Virus record (IMG/VR): IMGVR_UViG_3300022752_000052
Span: 1 to 64,000 of that record
From: an uncultured virus (IMG/VR IMGVR_UViG_3300022752_000052)
Taxonomy: Duplodnaviria; Heunggongvirae; Uroviricota; Caudoviricetes
Strand: one strand, 5' to 3'
DNA: 64,000 nt
A model generated the notes under the pieces. The model made no database searches. It saw only the letters and a list, made by a program, of their open reading frames with translations, and was not told where the DNA came from. Shown here one piece after another: positions 56,989 to 64,000 of the stretch. The position numbers were made by a program, and so were the translations under genes. Position 1 is the stretch's first letter, and every line of letters starts with the position of its first letter.

Positions 56989-57453
56989 TTAAAAATCAAT
57001 TTTTTGAAAAAATATATAATTATCCAAAAAAGATTTCATCTCTTCTACAGATGCATCCCTTCTTCCTGTGTTAGCAAAAACAGTAGTCAATACAATATTA
57101 TCCGCATCATACCCCCTAGAATTGTCTAATCTATCTATACTAGGCTTTCTTAACTTATCCTTCATAGTAAAATCTAAAGGTATATTTAGCCAATAACAAA
57201 GACCATTCTGTTTATCTTTTAATGATTCTAAAAATTTCATGTCAACTCTTTTATCTTTAGGTTTTCTAGGTTTTCTTACACCTTTTACAAGAGTAGAAGG
57301 TGGAAGAGATTCTTTGCTAGATAAGTTACCTAATAAGCAATACTTCCAATTTTTATTATGACATTTTTTACATGTACGTCTTCTTCTACCATTTCCGGAT
57401 TGGTGAAAATCATTCTCTTCCTTCTCTATTCCACAGCTAATGCATACTTTCAT
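56989..57453 (-). CDS. Putative HNH-like endonuclease
   Basis: CISC..CKKC; QNGLCYW; PSIDRLDNSRGY..NIVL....N. Confidence 0.7.
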   Translation of the reverse strand: MKVCISCGIEKEENDFHQSGNGRRRRTCKKCHNKNWKYCLLGNLSSKESLPPSTLVKGVRKPRKPKDKRVDMKFLESLKDKQNGLCYWLNIPLDFTMKDKLRKPSIDRLDNSRGYDADNIVLTTVFANTGRRDASVEEMKSFLDNYIFFQKIDF

Positions 57454-57462
57454 GAAATTATT

Positions 57463-57759
57463 TTAATCTTTCAAATCATCAAAATCAGTCCACTTCTTAT
57501 CTCTTAAAATTAATATTAAATATCCTATCAAATCGACTACATCATTTTTTCTTAATTCCTCAGAGTTTTGTATCCTTTTCAATTTATCATCGGCTCTGTA
57601 TCCAAATTTATGCTTATCAGTAAATATATTTAAGGGAGAGTCCGCGGCTCCATTATACTTAGAGTCTTTATATAAGACAAGATTTTCTAAGTTTTTAAAA
57701 ATTTTTTTTATTTCTTCTTCAGGAGAAGATTTTTCTTTTACTTGTTTATAATCAATCAT
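57463..57759 (-). CDS. DUF1599/Nmad1-like (nucleotide-modification-associated) protein
   Basis: K..KY, R.DDKLKRI.N, D..DLIGY.IL. Confidence 0.65.
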   Translation of the reverse strand: MIDYKQVKEKSSPEEEIKKIFKNLENLVLYKDSKYNGAADSPLNIFTDKHKFGYRADDKLKRIQNSEELRKNDVVDLIGYLILILRDKKWTDFDDLKD

Positions 57760-57812
57760 GGTATAGTTATTTTACGATAAAACCAATAAATAATAATAAA
57801 GTTTTATAAAAA

Positions 57813-57834
57813 GAGGAGGCTTTTATGCCTCCTC
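57813..57834 (-). terminator. Intrinsic terminator after nrdA
   Basis: GAGGAGGC-N6-GCCTCCTC with T tract on the minus strand. Confidence 0.7.
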
Positions 57835-57893
57835 GCAAAAAAACTTTCAACAACTTAAATACCTCTTGTTTATTATATGATATAAAATAAAAA

Positions 57894-59618
57894 TTAACCT
57901 TCACAGACAATACACTCGGAATACAAATCTCTCTGTTGTTTACTATCGGCTCTTAGATTGCTCTCAGATCTTAAATAATACAAAGATTTAATTCCTAATT
58001 TCCAGGCTTCGATATGAACTTGATTTATCCATTTTGCAGGTGCATCATGAAAGAAAGCTAGATTTATAGACTGTCCTTGATCAATATATTCTTGCCTAAT
58101 TGCTGCTTGTCTAACCAACTCTAATTGATTTATTTCCTTAAATGTTCTAAATACTTCTTTTTCTTCATCTGTTAAACCATCTATATTTCTAACAGAACCT
58201 TTATCTTCCGCAATAATATCCCATATTTGAGGGGTATTAAGTCCTTTTTCGTCTAGTAATTTTTCTAAATCAGGATTTCTTCTTAGGTGAGCTCCTTTTG
58301 CATCATCATCCATATACAAATTGGCGGCAAATGGTTCAATTCCTTGAGACATTCCTCCGGCCAATTTAGATGAACTTCTATTGGGAGCTACAGCTACACA
58401 AGTTAAATTTCTATACCCGCTCTTCTCACACCAGGCAGGTTCGCCAAACTCTTTAGCCATCCACATAGAAGCTTTATCTGATTTTTCCTTTATATGACTA
58501 AAAATAACCCTAGTTAAAGAAGTTGCCTGTATTCCCACGAAAGGTATTCTCATTTTTTGTAAAAGTGAAGCCCATCCTAATGCCCCTAATCCTAAAGCTC
58601 TAGATTTTTCGGCAAATCTTATAGAGTCTTCAATTCCTTGTATATGTTTAGCTTTTTCTAAAAACTCAGAGATTACTGCATCTAAGAATATAGTGGCATA
58701 ATATACTGCATCTGTTTTTGACCATTCATCCCATTTATATAAATTCATGGAAGATAGGCAACATACAAAAGTGTGATTTTCATCAGAAGGTAACATTATT
58801 TCTGCGCATAATTGACTGTGTCTTACCTTTAAATTATATGCGGAAAATGTACTTTTAAGATTTGCATTAGCATTATCCACAAAAAATGTATATGGCTCTC
58901 CAGTTTTAACTCTAGTTTTTATATGCTCTAACCACAACTCTCTTTTGCTACCATTTTTATTAATAACTTCCTCCATAAAATCATTAGAGAATTTTGCTCC
59001 CATATGAATATTATGACATTGTCTATTAATATCCCCTTTTGGTTCTCTTATTTTTAAGAAGTCAGAAAACTCCGAGTGATTTGCGGATAAATATACAGCT
59101 ACAGCACCTCTTCTCATTTTACCTTGTTTAGATGCTATAATAGTAGAATCAAAAGATTTTATAAAAGGTATAATTCCATCAGTAGTTCCATTTGATCCGT
59201 CTTTTATTAATGCTCCTTTAGGTCTAATTTCAGAAAAATCATATGCAGTACCTCCACCGTGTTTAGATAGTATAGCCATTTCAAGATTTTTTCTGTATAT
59301 ATCGTACATGGAATCACCTACATATCCGCCAAAACATGATATAGGTAATCCCCTGTTAGTTCCAAAATTACTCATTACCGGAGTAGATGGTATCAGCCAT
59401 CCATTCCAAAGTATTTCAAAAAATTTAGAAAAAAGTTCAGGTTTGTTTAAGTACTTTGCGGCTGTAATAGCTAACCTGATATACGCATTTTTAGGAGTTT
59501 CTTTATTTTGTAAATATCCTCCTAGTATAGTTGTTAGGTAGAGGCTATTATTACCCCACTCAGGTATGTCATTTATTGTCCATCCCTGTTTTTTTGCTAA
59601 GTCGTGTAATTCGTTCAT
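57894..59618 (-). CDS. nrdA: Class I ribonucleotide reductase alpha subunit (no ATP cone)
   Basis: STPV, PISCF, GGG, QLCAEI, CCLSS, APN, DQGQS, LYY, C-terminal CIVCEG. Confidence 0.93.
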   Translation of the reverse strand: MNELHDLAKKQGWTINDIPEWGNNSLYLTTILGGYLQNKETPKNAYIRLAITAAKYLNKPELFSKFFEILWNGWLIPSTPVMSNFGTNRGLPISCFGGYVGDSMYDIYRKNLEMAILSKHGGGTAYDFSEIRPKGALIKDGSNGTTDGIIPFIKSFDSTIIASKQGKMRRGAVAVYLSANHSEFSDFLKIREPKGDINRQCHNIHMGAKFSNDFMEEVINKNGSKRELWLEHIKTRVKTGEPYTFFVDNANANLKSTFSAYNLKVRHSQLCAEIMLPSDENHTFVCCLSSMNLYKWDEWSKTDAVYYATIFLDAVISEFLEKAKHIQGIEDSIRFAEKSRALGLGALGWASLLQKMRIPFVGIQATSLTRVIFSHIKEKSDKASMWMAKEFGEPAWCEKSGYRNLTCVAVAPNRSSSKLAGGMSQGIEPFAANLYMDDDAKGAHLRRNPDLEKLLDEKGLNTPQIWDIIAEDKGSVRNIDGLTDEEKEVFRTFKEINQLELVRQAAIRQEYIDQGQSINLAFFHDAPAKWINQVHIEAWKLGIKSLYYLRSESNLRADSKQQRDLYSECIVCEG

Positions 59619-59627
59619 TTTTATAAT

Positions 59628-60593
59628 TTAAAATAAGTCATCGCTGTTCCAATCTTCATTAGGTTTAGCGTATCCGGTTTCTCTATTATCGAAGAAGTCT
59701 GTTTGTTGTTCACCAGAAACCATTATGTAAAACCAAGACATATCATCTATTGATTTTTGGTCTACTTTATATACTGGTTTTAGTCCTAATTCAATTAATT
59801 TTCTATTGGCTCTATCATACATAAAATTCTTGAGATTGTGTTTTGATAAAGTCTCTAATTCTCCCATTTCAAAAATACTCTCTATGTACGCAAACTCATT
59901 AATTAAAGACAAATGAATGCCCTGCATAATACTATTTTTAAATTCCGGCGTCCATATTTCAGGATTTTCAGCAATCAATTCTCTAAACAATCTACATCCA
60001 GCTTCGCTATGTAAACTTTCATCTCTTACAGAAAATATCATTTGTTGTCCAATACCTTTTAGTCTGTTTGATTTTCTAAATGAGAGGAGGACTGCAAAAG
60101 AACTAAATAATTGAATACCTTCGGCGCATGCAGAAAATAATGCTAAACTTCTTGCAATGTTAGATATAGATGTATCATTTTTATCTACATCAATAAGAAC
60201 TTGCAATTTATTCATTGTTGCCTCATCTTGCAGGAATGCTTGAAAATCATCTAAACCTAAAGTATCATTTAAATATGAATAAGCTGTAGCATGTATTGTT
60301 TCAAATGCTCCAAATGTTACTGCCATCATCTTAATTTCAGGAACGGGAAACCATGTAGTAACATATTGAGACCAATAGTCATTTACATGTGTTTCAGTTT
60401 GGGCAAATCCTTTTAAGATGTTACCAATGACATTTTTTTCAGATGGATTAAGATTTTCATCCCAATCTTTGATGTCTTTTTGCATATTAATTTCTGTATG
60501 CAACCAGTGGGCATTTTGTTGTTTAAACCAATAATAATAAGCCCATTGATACTCAAATGGTTTGAAATGCAGTCTTTCTTTTAATAAAGGCAT
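59628..60593 (-). CDS. nrdB: Ribonucleotide reductase beta subunit
   Basis: W...E, ETIH..AY, EG..LFSSF, RDESLH, DFF. Confidence 0.93.
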   Translation of the reverse strand: MPLLKERLHFKPFEYQWAYYYWFKQQNAHWLHTEINMQKDIKDWDENLNPSEKNVIGNILKGFAQTETHVNDYWSQYVTTWFPVPEIKMMAVTFGAFETIHATAYSYLNDTLGLDDFQAFLQDEATMNKLQVLIDVDKNDTSISNIARSLALFSACAEGIQLFSSFAVLLSFRKSNRLKGIGQQMIFSVRDESLHSEAGCRLFRELIAENPEIWTPEFKNSIMQGIHLSLINEFAYIESIFEMGELETLSKHNLKNFMYDRANRKLIELGLKPVYKVDQKSIDDMSWFYIMVSGEQQTDFFDNRETGYAKPNEDWNSDDLF

Positions 60594-60660
60594 GTTGTTG
60601 AAGTTATGAATTTTATTGAAATATGATTGAGTAAAAATAAGTACTCAAGTAGTGAAGTTA

Positions 60661-62025
60661 TTAATTTGAAATTTCTTCGTACTCTTTAAAAAATCTATCG
60701 ACTTCTGCCGGATCAAAAGCACTTGAATTTTTTGGAGCAGGACCTCTATCATCATCATCTGACATGATATTATTTATTTGATGTTTACCGCATTGTGTAT
60801 CTAATAATCCTTCAAATGATAATCCTAATTCTCCTAATCTTGATGCTACAATGTGATAAATGTTTTTTCTTGATAATGAAAACATGAAATCACATACCAT
60901 GAGAACATTATATGATTCTGCAATGTGTTCTCCATTTACAATCTTAGCTGATTCTGATGTTCTGTTTGCTTGAGATGGAACCCATGCTGGAACTTTATAT
61001 TCATCTGCAATATTTCTAATGTCTGTAAAGATTTCATCTAATGCAAATCTTTTTTCTGTTTTAGTTGATTTTAGTAATTTAGGGTCATCTATAATGATTA
61101 GTCCCGGCGAAATTCCTTGATGATTACATTGGTCTAAATGTCCCCTAATAGTCATAGTAGATGCTTTGTAAGCCCCAAATTTTTTTATAATAAGCTTTCC
61201 TGGGATATCAGACATCTTTTTTTCTATAAGAGGCATGTTTTCTTGATTTAATTTATCTAAAGAAATGTCCGTAATGTAAGCATCAATCCTTTTAGATATC
61301 TGAGTAGGGTATAATTCCATTGTATAATAGATGACATTAACTCCTAACTCCATTGCATGCGCAGCTAGAGAAATTAATAACCAGGATTTTCCTCCTTTCG
61401 GCGGGCATAAAACAACACCTAATTCTCCAAAAGATAATCCGCCTCTCATGTATGAATTTAATACAGGCCATGGAGTAGGTATTGGATTTCTGTCGTCCTC
61501 TGTGTATCTATTTTCCAGTGTATCCTCATATATATAGCCTAAATCTAGTTCTGAACCAGCATTGTGGGCTTTGTTAATAGCAGAGAAAGCGGCGTCAAAA
61601 TCATTATTTTTTACTAAGTCTACGGCATTTCTCAATGCCTTAACGTATTCTCTATTTCTGCAAAACTCTACAATTTTATCTTTAACATGCTGTAAATCTT
61701 TAGCATCTCCTAACTCTAACGAAGATTTTAAAAATATAAAGATACTTTGCGCAAAAATTTTATTTCTCTCCGATTGAGAATCGTTGTCGTCTTTGTTTGC
61801 TAGTTCTTTAATATTAACTTTCAAAACATCTACGGTAGGCTGAAGTTTATAGGTTTCATAATAGGAGTGCATCTTTTCAATTATCCAAGACATCGACTCG
61901 TTCTCGAAATAATTAGAATCTAAGATGTCAATTATACGAGTAAAAAATAACTCGTCATTAAGTAAATTGTACAAAACTTTCTTTTGGAAATCGGAGCCAA
62001 AAGAATTTAATAAATTAGCTGTCAT
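60661..62025 (-). CDS. dnaB: Replicative SF4 helicase (DnaB/T4 gp41-like)
   Basis: PPKGGKS Walker A, YTMEL, IIIDD, SQANR, IAES. Confidence 0.85.
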   Translation of the reverse strand: MTANLLNSFGSDFQKKVLYNLLNDELFFTRIIDILDSNYFENESMSWIIEKMHSYYETYKLQPTVDVLKVNIKELANKDDNDSQSERNKIFAQSIFIFLKSSLELGDAKDLQHVKDKIVEFCRNREYVKALRNAVDLVKNNDFDAAFSAINKAHNAGSELDLGYIYEDTLENRYTEDDRNPIPTPWPVLNSYMRGGLSFGELGVVLCPPKGGKSWLLISLAAHAMELGVNVIYYTMELYPTQISKRIDAYITDISLDKLNQENMPLIEKKMSDIPGKLIIKKFGAYKASTMTIRGHLDQCNHQGISPGLIIIDDPKLLKSTKTEKRFALDEIFTDIRNIADEYKVPAWVPSQANRTSESAKIVNGEHIAESYNVLMVCDFMFSLSRKNIYHIVASRLGELGLSFEGLLDTQCGKHQINNIMSDDDDRGPAPKNSSAFDPAEVDRFFKEYEEISN

Positions 62026-62027
62026 TA

Positions 62028-63050
62028 TTATGATTTTAATCTGTTTACAAAATTCCTATACCAAGAATCAAAATTATCTATTTTAGAATAAAGTCCGTCG
62101 AAAGAAAACATTTCTCTAAATTCATAATCATGGCTTATAGGTACAAATTCTCTAAGTATTCTACTTATAGCACTTTTAGTATGATAAGATATATTAACAT
62201 CATGTAATTGAATCAATTTATAATTCAATTCTAGCTTGTTGAAATCATTTATAATATTATCAAGTCCTTTATATTTTTTACCTCCTGAAATCAAATCCTT
62301 GGCTCTTCTATAAAAGAAATCTATATTATCTATCTTACCTTTTTGTATTTCAGGAAAAAACTTAACAATATACTTTTCTCCCACTGACCCAAAGCTAGGA
62401 ATATTATCACTACGGTCTCCTATAAAAGCTTTGTAATATACGAAGTTTTCCGGTATAACTCCAAATTCTTCCACAACTTTTTTTGGAGAATATAGTATTT
62501 TTTTTGTTGGGTTATAAACTTGTATGTTTTCTGATACTAGTTGGAGGTAATCTTTATCCGAAGACATTATAAATTTATACTTATAATCTTCTAGTTCGGA
62601 AGACTTTACTAGGATAGAAATTACATCATCTGCTTCTACTCCGTCCATGATTAATTGAACTAGTGGTAAGCTGTTTAAATACTCAATGAGTCTTCTTATT
62701 TGTCTGTCAGACTCCTTATCAGTACTTTCCGATTTATTTTCTACTAGTCTATTCAGTTTTAAACCTTTATGTTTTCCGGATTTATAGCCTTTATACATTT
62801 TTCTTCTTCTTACTGATCCTCCTTGACCATCAAAGACTATTATTACTTTGTTTATATTATAAGTTTTAACAAAAGAAAACATAGTTTCTATAAATCCAAA
62901 GGCACCTCCAATAGTATGTCCGTCAGTATTTAAAGTAGGATAAGCGCAAAAACATCTAACAAACAAGTTTGTACCATCTATTATAAGAACTGTTTTTTCA
63001 TTAGATAAAAACCTATGATTATCTAATAATTTTGATACATCAATAGTCAT
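62028..63050 (-). CDS. 5'-3' exonuclease / flap endonuclease (PolI N-terminal or T4 RNase H-like)
   Basis: IIDGTN, VFDG, YK, EADDVI, SSDKDYLQL, GDRSDNIP. Confidence 0.92.
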   Translation of the reverse strand: MTIDVSKLLDNHRFLSNEKTVLIIDGTNLFVRCFCAYPTLNTDGHTIGGAFGFIETMFSFVKTYNINKVIIVFDGQGGSVRRRKMYKGYKSGKHKGLKLNRLVENKSESTDKESDRQIRRLIEYLNSLPLVQLIMDGVEADDVISILVKSSELEDYKYKFIMSSDKDYLQLVSENIQVYNPTKKILYSPKKVVEEFGVIPENFVYYKAFIGDRSDNIPSFGSVGEKYIVKFFPEIQKGKIDNIDFFYRRAKDLISGGKKYKGLDNIINDFNKLELNYKLIQLHDVNISYHTKSAISRILREFVPISHDYEFREMFSFDGLYSKIDNFDSWYRNFVNRLKS

Positions 63051-64000
63051 TTCCTGATTCTTCTATGTGAACAAAAGGTGTAGAATCTCCTTCGTCTGCT
63101 ACATTTCTATTCACATAAGTAGTAATATAGTATTCCGATATATTAGCTAAAATGTCTTTTCTAATTTCTTCTCTAGAAAAAAGCTTATCATAAAAATCTT
63201 TTCTTTGAAATCTTATGTCTTCTAGTATTTCGCCGGTTTCTTTGTTACAATACTTGTAAGTATACCAAGCGCCAGAAGACGTCGCTAAGCCCTTGTCTTT
63301 TAAAAAGTCCATAATTGAACTAACATCATCAATTCCTGAATTATACATAATATTAAAAGATGCTTTTCTATGTGGGGGACCAATTCTGTTTTTAATAATT
63401 TCTGCTTCAGTAGTAACTCCTAAAGGTAAATCTTTTTCCGGGCCTTGTATCTTTCCTTTTTTAACTAATTTTACTCGAATAGTAGAATGAAATCCGATTG
63501 CCTTACCCCCTGATGTAGTGTATGAATCTCCTCGTCCTGGTAAAGCCTGTAAATTTTGTCTCAGCTGATTAGTAAATATAAGAAGTATTTTTTCTCTGCC
63601 TAATAAGTTTGTTAATTTTCTCATAGCTTTGGAAATTATAATAGCTTTTTGAGTTGCCCATCCATCTTTATCGTAATTTCCTTCAATTTCATCTTTTGTA
63701 CTAGCCCCCATAACAGAATCTACTACAATTGTTACAATGACATCTTTATTAGATGCTCTAGTTTGCTCAATAATTGTTTCTACGGAGTTAAAAACATCCT
63801 CGATGACTTCGTGTTGGACATAGACAAAGTTTTTTGTTAAATCAACTCCTATTGCTCTTAGAAAATCTTTACTCACGGAACTTTCCGTATCGATAATAAT
63901 TCCTATTCCTCCTTTCTTTTGAGTCTCTTTAATAGCATGAGCCGCTAGTAGAGACTTACCTGATTGTTCTAATCCAATTAATTCAACTATTTTTCCTACA
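63040..64000 (-). CDS. recA: RecA/UvsX recombinase (5' end outside window)
   Basis: Frame is open to the window end: GKIVELIGLEQSGKS, IIDTE, VVDSV, NQLR, TSGGKAIGF, KNRIGPP. Confidence 0.92.
   Translation of the reverse strand, partial: VGKIVELIGLEQSGKSLLAAHAIKETQKKGGIGIIIDTESSVSKDFLRAIGVDLTKNFVYVQHEVIEDVFNSVETIIEQTRASNKDVIVTIVVDSVMGASTKDEIEGNYDKDGWATQKAIIISKAMRKLTNLLGREKILLIFTNQLRQNLQALPGRGDSYTTSGGKAIGFHSTIRVKLVKKGKIQGPEKDLPLGVTTEAEIIKNRIGPPHRKASFNIMYNSGIDDVSSIMDFLKDKGLATSSGAWYTYKYCNKETGEILEDIRFQRKDFYDKLFSREEIRKDILANISEYYITTYVNRNVADEGDSTPFVHIEESGNDY

Noticed and set aside
33389..63840. Numerous short plus-strand ORFs opposite long minus-strand genes
   Set aside because: Antisense shadows of motif-bearing genes.
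54620..64000. Inteins, introns or stop-codon recoding in replication genes
   Set aside because: PolA, NrdAB, helicase and RecA are uninterrupted and of ordinary length under code 11; TAA, TAG and TGA all serve as stops in the window.

Overview
This window is a fragment of a large, AT-rich dsDNA phage genome. The host is most likely Bacteroidota: many promoters match TTG-N19-21-TAnnTTTG, Shine-Dalgarno sites are absent, and one protease carries a T9SS-type C-terminal domain. Four blocks are visible. (1) 1-25.5 kb is a minus-strand early/accessory region of more than 45 small, mostly unknown ORFs. Its 9.4-23.3 kb part is cut into promoter-ORF(s)-terminator units by 14 copies of a ~40-bp bipartite inverted-repeat site. 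The block also holds a family of tRNA-like elements with missing or replaced anticodon arms, one of them a 35-nt minihelix ending in CCA. (2) 26.3-33.1 kb is a plus-strand block: methyltransferase, M12 metalloprotease, tRNA-CAT, MazG-like protein, glucosaminidase and subtilisin. (3) 33.1-53.3 kb, minus strand, has possible virion-associated genes followed by a ~15-kb cluster of about 11 glycosyltransferases and 2 methyltransferases. (4) 53.3-64 kb is the replication module: PD-(D/E)XK nuclease, PolA, NrdAB, DnaB-like helicase, 5'-3' exonuclease and RecA/UvsX. Separately, a TTYNGCGGGG motif repeatedly marks the start of strand-specific G-depleted tracts. All protein family calls come from motif recognition only; no database search was run.
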